Origin: a candidate division WOR-3 bacterium
Lineage (GTDB): Bacteria > Hydrothermota > Tepidihabitantia > Tepidihabitantales > Tepidihabitantaceae
Direction: 5' to 3'
Length of the DNA stretch: 64,000 nucleotides
Assembly (NCBI GenBank): GCA_965648905.1
Contig: CBFGIT010000001.1
Coordinates: 1-64,000 of the forward strand
Every line of letters starts with the position of its first letter. The first letter of the stretch is position 1. The notes beneath the pieces are model-generated. The model made no database searches, was not told the origin of the DNA, and was given only the letters and a program-made list of their open reading frames with translations. Below are positions 1 to 9,307 of this stretch, in pieces. Both the position numbers and the translations under genes were made by a program.

Positions 1-74
1 AGCAGAATTGGTGATTCATCCATAATGCGGTCATCATAGCGTGCCGGCCAGCAACTGCATCACCTTTGTCAAGA

Positions 75-128
75 CTGACATTTTCCTTGTGCCATTACCC
101 TATGACATTATCGCTGTGCTATCACACT
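75..128. repeat. 27-bp tandem direct repeat (2 copies) just upstream of a promoter
   Basis: ctgacattttccttgtgccattaccct / atgacattatcgctgtgctatcacact, 20 of 27 positions identical. Confidence 0.6.
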
Positions 129-144
129 GTCAGTAGTCCGGATG

Positions 145-173
145 TTGACTTCGGCCCGGGTGTGCGCTAGGCT
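145..173 (+). promoter_or_regulatory. sigma70-like promoter
   Basis: TTGACT-N17-TAGGCT. Confidence 0.6.
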
Positions 174-444
174 TACTTGTACACAAGACAAGCCCGAGCG
201 GCTAGAGGCGCCCGGCATGGAGACAAGCGCCTGATGATGTCCCGCCCTAAGTCCGCGTACGCTCGGTGGGGCGCTACTCGAAGCTCCGTCCAAGGAGCTT
301 CTGACTTCCCGCGCCACCCGGAACCGGGGTCACGGCCGGCGCATTCGGCTCGGGCTGCCGAGACAATGGGTGCGCCGGTCCCGGAGCATGGAGCTGAGCT
401 GGCGACCACAGCCGCAGACTGGAACAACGTCATTAGGAGGAACA

Positions 445-3408
445 GTGAGTCAACGAAACATCAGCTTGCTTTCGCTGTTCGTTCTAGTCAGTTGTGCACT
501 TGGGCGCTTTGCCGTTAGCCCCCAGTATGGGCTCCAATTCCATCCGACCATCGCGTCCTGCCCATCGGGATTCGTTGTCGCGTGGTCGTGGGCGTACCTG
601 AGTTCTCCGCCTCTCATGACCATTTGGGCGAAGGAAGTAACACCAGGCGGGGACACCGGCACCTGGCACGATGTTGGAGATTGCTTTCGGCGTGGAGTGA
701 CCGGTGATTCGGCCGATGTTGCTTTCGACGGAACAACGTTCCTCATCGTCTGGCGCGAGAAAACCCTCCAGGAACCTCCCGACTTCAGTATCGGGGCCCG
801 CTTCTGCCTGCCGGATGGCAGCCCGGTCGGGCCAGTATTGACGCTGACGTCGCCGGTCCCGAGTGAGAAAACTAGCCCGTCGGTCGCCTTCAACGGCAGT
901 GAGTACCTGGTCGTCTGGCGGGACACAAGGACGGGCCAGGGCGACATATACGGGGTCCGCATTTCGCCCATCTCTACGCCGGGCGAGTTGGACGAGTTCA
1001 AGATTTCGAGTTCTCCCGAGGCCGAGGACCATCCCCGGTTGTCCAGCGCCGGGGGACGCTGGCTGGTCGCGTGGGAACGAGCGGGTGAGATACGGGCAGC
1101 AGCGGTCGAAGGGAATGGAAACCTCCTACCCGAGTTCGTAGTCACGGCACTTCCTACGTCCAACCTGGACCCGGAGGTCTCAACGAAAGGGACGAAATAT
1201 CTCGTGACGTGGAGACATGAGGAGCCTGTTGCCGTGTACGGAATCAGGTGCTTGGACACCGACACCTTGGCGTCCAAGGTTCTGATTCGGTCCGGTCCAG
1301 GCTTTTCTCCATCCGTGGCTTTTGAGAGCTATTACCAGAACTATGTTTCTGCTGTCGCCACGTCCGTCGGCGACGAATACAGCATTGCTGCCCAACGCGT
1401 GGGCGCCGCAGGAATGAAGATCGGTCCCGAGGAGAACGTATTCACTCTCTCCGGGGTGCGGCAGACAGACCCGGACGTGGCCTTCTGCGGCGAGCGATTT
1501 CTCGTGGTCTGGGTCGAGTGGGGGTGGTATCAGGTGAGGATATGGGGCGAGTTCGTCACCCCGTGGCAGGAGCACTTCTACTCCCGGTCTGCGCTGGCGA
1601 CGGCCTACAATCAAGGCCGCAGCCTCTGGCGAGACCCGGTGACGACGGCGCTGCACAAGGTCTACGAGAGTGGCGACAGCGTGCTCTATTCGTACTCGAC
1701 GGACCGGGGCGAGCACTGGTCGCCCTACGAGTGCGTTGACGCGGACGGGACATTCCCGTGCGTGGTCTGCGAGAATCAGGGCGCGAACCCGGTCTGGGTG
1801 TGCTATCGCAGGCAGGCCGACCACGCCGTAGTCTGCAAGGCGAGAACCAGCCAGGGCATTTGGCAGGAATACGTTGTCTTCGGCGGCTGCCCCGAGGTCC
1901 AGCCGGGACCGCCATCAATCTCACTCGCGTACATGTACGGGCCCTCGATTGCGCCGAGACTCTACGTTGCCTTCTCTGTTGACTGGGGTGGGGTAACGAC
2001 GATAGAGTTCCGCGTCGTCGAGCTTGGCCAAGGGGTCACCTATAGCTACACGGCTGACGCTGCGACAGCACCTGACTTCTGTAAGACACCGTCAGTAGCC
2101 GCAACTCCGGGGGACGAAGTTCACCTGGCGTGGAACAGAAACCGAGTCATCTACTATCGCCGGTGGCTCGGCGGGCAATGGTCTGACCCGCCTGCCCGAG
2201 TGTCGAGGCCTTCCTGGCCAGTTTCCGAGCCTGCCTACCACCCGTCGCTTGAAGCGTACGGCGAGTACGTCTACTGCACCTGGCGCGGGCCTGAAGAGAA
2301 TCAACTGCCTCCGCCTCCCGGCGACGTGTGGCGGGCTTGGCGCCGGCTGCCTTGGCCACCGGAAGTCTGGGAAGGCCATGCGGACCAAAGCAGGTCGCTC
2401 AATCTTGAATCGGACTTCCCGGTCATGACGACTGACTTCGTGACCGTCTGGCACGAGCAGGTCGGCGCCGGTTCTGTCAATAGCGACATCTGGGCCAAGT
2501 TCGTCACAGAACCCGAGCCGCGGCCGCTCTTCACGACGCCGCAGCTCTCGCAGTATCCTGACGTTGCGTCCTATTGGGACATCATCTCCGGCTTCCACTG
2601 CCTGACAACCTGGACCGAAGAACTGAACCCCGGCATGACCTATGAGGTTATGTCTGGCGACTGGACCTCGGCGCAGGGCTTCGACGGCTGGGAGCCAGGT
2701 TCCTACTACGCTGCGATGTTGGGAGACTCGGTTCCCTCGCCCTACTGCTTGGGCCGCGACGGCTGGCGCGGATTCCAGACCTTCCGAGTGGATTCTGGCT
2801 CTAATCGCCTGACGTACCGTTTGCCCTACTTGAGTCCGAATCGCTCTTACGCGCTCCGGCTTGTCGCCTACCACGAGGGTCGAAGTGAACGGAGGGCAGA
2901 TGTGATGCTGGACTCAGGCATCCAGGCTCGGGTCGTCTACAGACCGCGGACACCCGAGACTCTCTGGGTGCGCGTTCCCCAGCGGCTCTATCGGGACGAT
3001 GCCTGCATCACTCTGGACATAAGGCCAAGCGGCGTAGGCCCGGTGACCTTGGCCGGGCTGAAGCTCTTCCAAGTGGACGAGTGGCCGCGAGGACAAGGTG
3101 GAGGACAAGCAGCAGATGGCCAGACTGCCGCTGGCACCTGTCTAAGGCAGAACCGGCCGAACCCGTTCTCGACTCAGACCGCTATTCCCTACCAGCTCTC
3201 GCACGCGGGTGAAGTTGACCTCGCCCTGTTCGACGTTTCCGGTCGGGTCGTAAGGCGGCTGGGGTCAGGAGCTGAAAAGGCAGGCGCTCATGTCGCCAGG
3301 TGGGACGGAAGAGACGACCGTGGTCTGGTTCTGCCGGCCGGTGTGTACCTTTGCAGACTGGCGGTTGACGGTACCGTCCAAACGCGAAGGCTCGTCATTA
3401 CTCGCTAG
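445..3408 (+). CDS. Large secreted beta-rich protein with C-terminal FlgD-Ig/T9SS-type sorting domain
   Basis: AGGAGG (435-440) then GTG at 445; signal peptide; repeated P.VA.G..YLVVW motifs; C-terminal QNRPNPF..T.I.Y.L...FDVSGR.VR.L...WDGRD..G..LPAGVY. Confidence 0.8.
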   Translation: MSQRNISLLSLFVLVSCALGRFAVSPQYGLQFHPTIASCPSGFVVAWSWAYLSSPPLMTIWAKEVTPGGDTGTWHDVGDCFRRGVTGDSADVAFDGTTFLIVWREKTLQEPPDFSIGARFCLPDGSPVGPVLTLTSPVPSEKTSPSVAFNGSEYLVVWRDTRTGQGDIYGVRISPISTPGELDEFKISSSPEAEDHPRLSSAGGRWLVAWERAGEIRAAAVEGNGNLLPEFVVTALPTSNLDPEVSTKGTKYLVTWRHEEPVAVYGIRCLDTDTLASKVLIRSGPGFSPSVAFESYYQNYVSAVATSVGDEYSIAAQRVGAAGMKIGPEENVFTLSGVRQTDPDVAFCGERFLVVWVEWGWYQVRIWGEFVTPWQEHFYSRSALATAYNQGRSLWRDPVTTALHKVYESGDSVLYSYSTDRGEHWSPYECVDADGTFPCVVCENQGANPVWVCYRRQADHAVVCKARTSQGIWQEYVVFGGCPEVQPGPPSISLAYMYGPSIAPRLYVAFSVDWGGVTTIEFRVVELGQGVTYSYTADAATAPDFCKTPSVAATPGDEVHLAWNRNRVIYYRRWLGGQWSDPPARVSRPSWPVSEPAYHPSLEAYGEYVYCTWRGPEENQLPPPPGDVWRAWRRLPWPPEVWEGHADQSRSLNLESDFPVMTTDFVTVWHEQVGAGSVNSDIWAKFVTEPEPRPLFTTPQLSQYPDVASYWDIISGFHCLTTWTEELNPGMTYEVMSGDWTSAQGFDGWEPGSYYAAMLGDSVPSPYCLGRDGWRGFQTFRVDSGSNRLTYRLPYLSPNRSYALRLVAYHEGRSERRADVMLDSGIQARVVYRPRTPETLWVRVPQRLYRDDACITLDIRPSGVGPVTLAGLKLFQVDEWPRGQGGGQAADGQTAAGTCLRQNRPNPFSTQTAIPYQLSHAGEVDLALFDVSGRVVRRLGSGAEKAGAHVARWDGRDDRGLVLPAGVYLCRLAVDGTVQTRRLVITR

Positions 3409-3432
3409 CCAACTCCCTGAGCAGGACGCGCT

Positions 3433-5244
3433 GTGCGGCCCCGTATCCCGTCGCAAGCCAGTTACCTACTCCTGTTCGTGTTCGTAGCGCAAGCCTGGCC
3501 AGAGTACCGCCTTAGTCTCAGGGCCAGACTTGCCTCGGGCACATACGGGCGGGCGGGCGGGAATGTCCTCTGCTGTGACAGTGACCACGATTCTCTCCAA
3601 GAGCTGATTTTCTGGACCGGTACTATCTACCCGACGGATCCGCTGCGCTGGGAGGTCTGGGAGTACAGGCCGGTGAATCACTTCGTGCTGGCCTTCGCCG
3701 ATACGGGAGGATACCCCTATCCTCCTGGGATTACGACGGGCAACTTCCGACCGTTCGATGTCGGCGACATAGACCAGGATGGGTTGACTGACATGCTGGG
3801 CGTGAACTGGGACTTCGTCCCGACCTGTGACTCGCTCTACAATGTGCTAGTCGTCATGGAGAGCCCGGATTCGTTCTCGTATCCGGAATCGATGGTCTGG
3901 TCGTACCGCTACGCGCACGCGATGGCGTCAGTGGCCCCGCCGATGATCACACCCGACCTCGACCGAGACGGCAGGAAGGAACTGCTCTTCGCGGCCGGCT
4001 CAGAGTCCGTCGGGGCGGGCATCTGGGAAAACGTCGCCGACGACAGCAACGTGCTTGTCTGGAACCGCCACCGCGGGCATGGCTTCGCGTTCACGTGCGG
4101 CGACTTCGACCAGGACAGCAGCCGTGAGTTCGTTACCGCCGACATCGCCGGACTCGGGACTTCGGTATACGAGTGCACAGGCGCCGACCAGTACGAACTC
4201 GTGTTTGTGGACACGATGCACCTCCCCAACGCGCATGACGTGTTCTCGGGCAATGACCTTGACCAAGATGGCAGGCCAGAGTTCTTCGTCCGTTTCTGGG
4301 ACCACATTACCGACACGCTGTATCTCTACATGTGGGAAGGTGCTGCCGGAAACAACCGCTACCAGCATGTGCTGGTTGACCGGAAGGTCAGGAGGTCAAA
4401 CGGCGACGCCCGCAGCACTTGTGGGGACATGGACGGCGATGGCGTCGAGGAGTTGGTCTGGGCTCTACCACGGGACGTCTTCGTCTACAAGGCAATAGGC
4501 AACAACCAGTTCCAGGAAGTCTGGCAGTGGTGGGACGACCTCGGCAGGACTGAATGCCTGCTCACGAACGTGCACGACATGAACGGCAACGGGTACAATG
4601 ACCTTGTCTGTGCGGGCAACGGCAGGGTCTCGATGTTCGAGGTCGAGGCCATTCGAGTGACGTGGCCCGACACGCTTGGAGAGTTGAGGTCGGGCGACAC
4701 GTGCGAGATGCGCTGGCGCATCTACACCCCGCCCCGGTGCGATTCGGTGTCGCTGTTCCTGAAGACCGACACAGTCGTGCCGACTGGCGAGCGGTTCTGG
4801 CGACTGGACACGATTGTGACCGGCCTAGCGCCGACCGAGTCGAGCTATGCCTGGGTCGTGCCTGATACTGAGGTTGCCTGGGCCAAGGTGCTGGCCATCG
4901 TCTACGGCCCGGGCTGGCAGTTCGACGAGTCCGACTCCGCCTTCGCCATCGTGCCGGCCGGAATCGCGGCCGGGAACCCGCTCCCACCAAGGGAGTGGAC
5001 GCTTTCGGTCAGCCCGAATCCGGCTGCGGGCAGGGCGGTCGTCCGCTACGACGTGCCGGTCGCTTCAGAGGTCAGGCTGAGCCTGTACGATGCGTCGGGC
5101 CGTGTCGTGTCCGAGCTGGCTTCCGGCCAGCATCTGCCCGGCCGCTACTCTGTTCAACTCCGCTGGTCCGGCGTCTACTTTGTGCGTTTCGAGACGCCAT
5201 CTACGATCGTCAGCCGAAAGGTGATTCTGATAGAAGACGACTGA
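3433..5244 (+). CDS. FG-GAP/VCBS-repeat secreted protein with T9SS-type C-terminal domain
   Basis: Repeated GDxDxDG (GDIDQDG, DLDRDG, GDFDQD, GDMDGDG, DMNGNG); C-terminal SVSPNP...YDASGR...SGVYFVR. Confidence 0.8.
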   Translation: MRPRIPSQASYLLLFVFVAQAWPEYRLSLRARLASGTYGRAGGNVLCCDSDHDSLQELIFWTGTIYPTDPLRWEVWEYRPVNHFVLAFADTGGYPYPPGITTGNFRPFDVGDIDQDGLTDMLGVNWDFVPTCDSLYNVLVVMESPDSFSYPESMVWSYRYAHAMASVAPPMITPDLDRDGRKELLFAAGSESVGAGIWENVADDSNVLVWNRHRGHGFAFTCGDFDQDSSREFVTADIAGLGTSVYECTGADQYELVFVDTMHLPNAHDVFSGNDLDQDGRPEFFVRFWDHITDTLYLYMWEGAAGNNRYQHVLVDRKVRRSNGDARSTCGDMDGDGVEELVWALPRDVFVYKAIGNNQFQEVWQWWDDLGRTECLLTNVHDMNGNGYNDLVCAGNGRVSMFEVEAIRVTWPDTLGELRSGDTCEMRWRIYTPPRCDSVSLFLKTDTVVPTGERFWRLDTIVTGLAPTESSYAWVVPDTEVAWAKVLAIVYGPGWQFDESDSAFAIVPAGIAAGNPLPPREWTLSVSPNPAAGRAVVRYDVPVASEVRLSLYDASGRVVSELASGQHLPGRYSVQLRWSGVYFVRFETPSTIVSRKVILIEDD

Positions 5245-5400
5245 GAGTCGCTGGTCCGGTCCCAGAGCGGACTGGGCCTGGGCGGCGCGCTGATGCCTTG
5301 GTCGCGTCTCCGAAGCCATCTTGCTGCGAATCGGGCAGGCGCTCGAAGAGTATCACCTCGGAGCACGTGGCAGAGGAAGACGTCCGTGAGGCACGAGTCC

Positions 5401-5429
5401 TTGACTCGGCCCTGATTCGGCCATAAGAT
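5401..5429 (+). promoter_or_regulatory. sigma70-like promoter, probably leaderless transcript
   Basis: TTGACT-N17-TAAGAT, ATG 8 nt downstream, no SD. Confidence 0.65.
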
Positions 5430-5437
5430 TCGCCGCC

Positions 5438-6454
5438 ATGAGCGATACGTCTCCTGCTGCTTACGCCCTTGATTGCCGGGCGGTGGTCAAGAACTTCCGC
5501 CGCGGCCGGGGCCTGCGCAAGAAAGTCACGCGCGCGGTCGATGGGGCGACGCTTGCGCTGCGGCCGGGCGAGCTGTTTGGACTCTTGGGTCCGAACGGTG
5601 CAGGCAAGACCACGCTTGTCCGCTGCATCGCCACTCTGCTTATTCCGGACTCAGGGACAATCGAGGTCTTTGGTCATGACGCGTTCCGCGACTCGCTCTT
5701 CTGTCGCCAGCGCATCGGGCTCTTGACTTCAGGCGAGCGTACGCTTTACTGGAAACTCTCGGCCCGCGACAATCTGAACTTCTTTGCTGCGCTCTACGGC
5801 CTGACCGGCAAGGAACGGGACAAGCGGATTGATTTCCTGATCGACCTTCTGGGCCTGAAGGACGTTGAGCGCGAGCGGCTTGAGCGCTACTCCTCAGGGA
5901 TGAAGCAGAAAGTCAGCCTGGCCCGGGCCATCCTGCACAACCCGGACCTGGTCCTGCTCGACGAGCCGTCCTTGGGCCTCGACCCGCAGTTCGCCCGGTT
6001 CATCCGCCAGTTCATCAAGGACGAGCTGAACCGCAAGCAGGGCAAGACGATTCTTCTGACAACGCACTACATGGACGAGGCGGACGAGCTCTGCGACCGG
6101 ATTGCCTTCATCAACAAGGGAAGAATCGTGGACGTGAAGCCGCCTGAGCAGTACAAGCGCGACATCCCCCATACCGAGGTGCTGGAAATCCGCTGCCAGG
6201 GCCGGCCTGACGTTGCGCCGATTGAGCAACTGCCCGGAGTCGAGCGGGTGGCGGTCGAGTTCAAGGACGGCGTGACCGCGCTCAAGGTTGTGGCCCCGCG
6301 TGCCGAAGCGGTGCTCGCCGACGTCATTGAGCATCTGCGTGGTACGAGCAAGATTCTCGGCATCGACGTCAAGGAACCGACCCTCGAAGACGTGTTTCTC
6401 TACGTCACCGGCACGTCGCTCGGAGCGGACACGAGTGAACACAAGCCGGAATAG
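5438..6454 (+). CDS. ABC-2 type exporter ATP-binding protein
   Basis: Walker A GPNGAGKTT, signature YSSGMKQK, Walker B LLDEP, TTHYMDEA, C-terminal EPTLEDVF. Confidence 0.93.
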   Translation: MSDTSPAAYALDCRAVVKNFRRGRGLRKKVTRAVDGATLALRPGELFGLLGPNGAGKTTLVRCIATLLIPDSGTIEVFGHDAFRDSLFCRQRIGLLTSGERTLYWKLSARDNLNFFAALYGLTGKERDKRIDFLIDLLGLKDVERERLERYSSGMKQKVSLARAILHNPDLVLLDEPSLGLDPQFARFIRQFIKDELNRKQGKTILLTTHYMDEADELCDRIAFINKGRIVDVKPPEQYKRDIPHTEVLEIRCQGRPDVAPIEQLPGVERVAVEFKDGVTALKVVAPRAEAVLADVIEHLRGTSKILGIDVKEPTLEDVFLYVTGTSLGADTSEHKPE

Positions 6455-6493
6455 AGACGAAGGCAGAATGGCTGAACCGGGCCGGAACACGAG

Positions 6494-7321
6494 ATGAGCT
6501 TTGCGGCTGGTCTGCGCGTGGTCTGGGCTGAAGCGGGCAAGACGATGCGGATATGGCTTTCCTACCCTATTATGATTGCCTTCTGGGGCGTCTTTCCGCT
6601 GCTTTGGGTCATGCCGTTTGTGTTTCAGGGCAAGGCCTTGGTCGGCTCAATGAACTCAGCCGCATTCGAGCATCTGACCGGCTCGGGCAACTACATGGCG
6701 TTTGTCCTCATCGGCGCGATGGTTTCGACGTTTGTCTTCTCTGCGCTCTGGGGTGTGGGCAACTCGCTGCGCGAGGAGACCTACTGGGGCACGATGGAAT
6801 ACATCATCGCCTCGCCCACGCCGCCGCTCGTCATCCTTATCGGCAAGACCGTGGCTGAGTGGGTCTGGGCAACGGTGATGGCCCTGTTTCAGGCCGCAAT
6901 CATCGGCATCTTTTTCGGCGTCAGGTTCACCCTGGCCAATGTGCTGCCGGTGCTTTTGATTGTCGGGCTGCTGATGCTCGGGTTCTACGGCTTTGCCATT
7001 GCCTTTGCCGGATTCACTCTGCTCATCAAAGAAGTCCACGGCTGGGTGCATACGCTGGAATGGGTTTTCTTTCTCTTTTCGCCGATCCGCTATCCGGTTC
7101 AGGTCAACCCAATAACCTCGTTTGTCAGTATGCTGATTCCTTTGACCTGGGCCCTGGTGGCGATTCGCGGCATCATCCTGCTCAACCGGCAGCACGTCAA
7201 CCTCTGGCAGACCGTCGGCATCCTGCTGCTGATGGATGCGGTCCTGCTTGTCGGCGGCTATCTACTCTTCGGCGTGCTGGAACGCAAGACCCGCCGCGAC
7301 GGCACAGTCGGGATGCACTAG
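6494..7321 (+). CDS. ABC-2 type transporter permease
   Basis: About 6 TM helices, RE...GT.E motif, follows the ATPase. Confidence 0.88.
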   Translation: MSFAAGLRVVWAEAGKTMRIWLSYPIMIAFWGVFPLLWVMPFVFQGKALVGSMNSAAFEHLTGSGNYMAFVLIGAMVSTFVFSALWGVGNSLREETYWGTMEYIIASPTPPLVILIGKTVAEWVWATVMALFQAAIIGIFFGVRFTLANVLPVLLIVGLLMLGFYGFAIAFAGFTLLIKEVHGWVHTLEWVFFLFSPIRYPVQVNPITSFVSMLIPLTWALVAIRGIILLNRQHVNLWQTVGILLLMDAVLLVGGYLLFGVLERKTRRDGTVGMH

Positions 7322-7325
7322 AAGA

Positions 7326-8183
7326 ATGACAAAGGAGACCGCCGGCTTCTGGCGCAGGTTGTCGCACTATGCGCACGCGGTCTGGGCCGAGAACATCAAG
7401 GAGTGGAAACTCGAGCTCACCTATCCGGCCGACTTTGCCCGCAGCCTGATTGACCCGGTTGTCTATCTGCTGCCTTACCTGCTCTACGGCATCGCCCTGG
7501 TCGGCGGCCGCCAGTCCGCGCACCTCAAGGAACTGGTCGGCACCGGCGACATCATAACCTTTGTTACGCTCGGCTATGTCTTCATCGGGTTTCTGAACAT
7601 GGCGCTCTGGGCCATGGGCTTCAGCCTGCGCAAAGAGCAGATGTACGGCACGCTTGAACCGGTGTTTGCTGCGCCGGTTCCGCGCTGGGTGTTTGCCATG
7701 GGCATGGCGATGCACTCCATCCTGCACCAGGTTCTGATGATTGCGACCCAGCTTATCTTCATCCTCATCCTGTTCAGTTTGACCATCAACCCGGCCGGGC
7801 TCCTGCCGTCGCTGGCGATTGTCGGCCTGATGCTTATCGCGCTCTACGGCATCGGCATGATCATGGCCTCGACCACGCTCATATTCAAACAGGGCTGGCT
7901 GGTTTCCGAGGCCCTGGGCAGCATCATCATGGTGATTACGCCGATTGCCTACCCGCTTGCGGTCCTGCCCGCTTTCATGCAGAAGGCCGCACTCGCCGTG
8001 CCCACCACCTACGGCATCCTGACCGTGCGCCACTTCCTTCTGGGCGAGCAGATGAGCTTCTCGGTCGGTGCGTCGTTTCTGCGGGTAGGTGTGCTCTGTG
8101 TGGTCTGGGTTGCCTTCGGCCTTGTTGTCTTTGCGGTCATCGACCGCTACACCCGGCGGTCAGGCACCTTGAGCCACTACTAG
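7326..8183 (+). CDS. ABC-2 type transporter permease
   Basis: Paralog of upstream permease (LRKEQMYGTLE, YPL..LP); ATG at 7326. Confidence 0.88.
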   Translation: MTKETAGFWRRLSHYAHAVWAENIKEWKLELTYPADFARSLIDPVVYLLPYLLYGIALVGGRQSAHLKELVGTGDIITFVTLGYVFIGFLNMALWAMGFSLRKEQMYGTLEPVFAAPVPRWVFAMGMAMHSILHQVLMIATQLIFILILFSLTINPAGLLPSLAIVGLMLIALYGIGMIMASTTLIFKQGWLVSEALGSIIMVITPIAYPLAVLPAFMQKAALAVPTTYGILTVRHFLLGEQMSFSVGASFLRVGVLCVVWVAFGLVVFAVIDRYTRRSGTLSHY

Positions 8184-8197
8184 CCGACGAGGAACCA

Positions 8198-9214
8198 TTG
8201 ACTCGTCTTTCAGGCTCCAGGCTTCGTCCCGGCGTGGCCAGATCTGCGCTGCTTGGTATCACCATGGGCGACCCGGCCGGCATCGGGCCGGAAATAGTCT
8301 TGAAGGCGCTGACACGCATGAGCGCAAGTCAAAGGGCAAAATGCAGAGTCATCGGCTGCCAGAAGGTGTTTGCGCAGGAAGAGAAGCGACTGGCAACTCG
8401 GGTTAACCTTTCGGTTGTCGACGACTCGGTCAAAGACCCGGGCCGGTATTCCCATGGCCGGCCGCAGAAGAACTGCGGCAGAGCAGCGCTCGCGGCGCTA
8501 GAGTGCGGTGTCGACCTGCTCCGCCGGGGCGAGTTCGCTGCGCTCGTCACCGCACCGGTCTCAAAACAAGCGCTGCGCCTTGCCGGTTTTTCCTGGCCGG
8601 GCCAGACCGAGTTCCTTGCCGACCGGCTCGGTGCAGCTCATCACGCCATGCTCGCCTGGACGCCGCGGTTCAAGACCGTGTTCGTCACGATTCATCTGCC
8701 GCTTGCCCTTGTCAGTCGCCGCATCACACCCGAGACGGTCTTGGAAAAGGCCACGCTGCTTGACCAGTTCCTGCGCCAATCTGCAATCTGCAATCTGCAA
8801 TCTGCAATGCCGAAACGTCCCCGCCTCTGCGTCCTCGCCTTCAACCCACACAGCTTTGAGTTCAGCCGCGGAGAAGAAGAGCGGATTGCCGCCGGGGTCA
8901 AACTCTGCCGCGATTCCGGCATCGATGCCTCTGGCCCGGTCCCGGCCGACGCTGCCTTTGCCGGCCTGCTTTCGCCCGGTGGTTCGGCGATGCGGTTCGA
9001 CGGCTACGTCTCCATGTATCATGACCAGGCGATGATTCCGGCCAAACTGCTTGCGCGTGGCCGGGGTGTGAACGTGACCCTGGGCCTTGGCCACGTCCGC
9101 ACCTCGCCCCTGCACGGCACCGCGTTCGACATCTCGGGCAAAGGCATCGCCTCGCCCGACTCGATGACCGCGGCGATCCGCCTTGCGGCAAAGCTGGCCG
9201 GAGTCGGCAGTTGA
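8198..9214 (+). CDS. pdxA: 4-hydroxythreonine-4-phosphate dehydrogenase PdxA
   Basis: ITMGDPAGIGPEI, VTAPVSK, GQTE, T.H.PL, NPH, MYHDQ, VNVTLGL..VRTSP.HGTAFDI; start uncertain. Confidence 0.9.
   Translation: MTRLSGSRLRPGVARSALLGITMGDPAGIGPEIVLKALTRMSASQRAKCRVIGCQKVFAQEEKRLATRVNLSVVDDSVKDPGRYSHGRPQKNCGRAALAALECGVDLLRRGEFAALVTAPVSKQALRLAGFSWPGQTEFLADRLGAAHHAMLAWTPRFKTVFVTIHLPLALVSRRITPETVLEKATLLDQFLRQSAICNLQSAMPKRPRLCVLAFNPHSFEFSRGEEERIAAGVKLCRDSGIDASGPVPADAAFAGLLSPGGSAMRFDGYVSMYHDQAMIPAKLLARGRGVNVTLGLGHVRTSPLHGTAFDISGKGIASPDSMTAAIRLAAKLAGVGS
8777..8808 (+). repeat. CAATCTG heptamer x4 inside pdxA
   Basis: Four perfect copies plus CAAT, encoding QSAICNLQSAM. Confidence 0.85.
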
Positions 9215-9307
9215 GCTCGGTACCGTCGCCCGGGTTGCGAATCGGCTTGTGTTCGATATAGTCTCTGCCGTGAAGTACCTGTCGGCCGGTCGCGGGTGAG
9301 CGGCAGT

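Noticed and set aside
370..444. N-terminal extensions in the ORF track (also 20272, 34905, 35827, 50196, 63365)
   Set aside because: Downstream starts fit RBS, promoter position and family N-termini better
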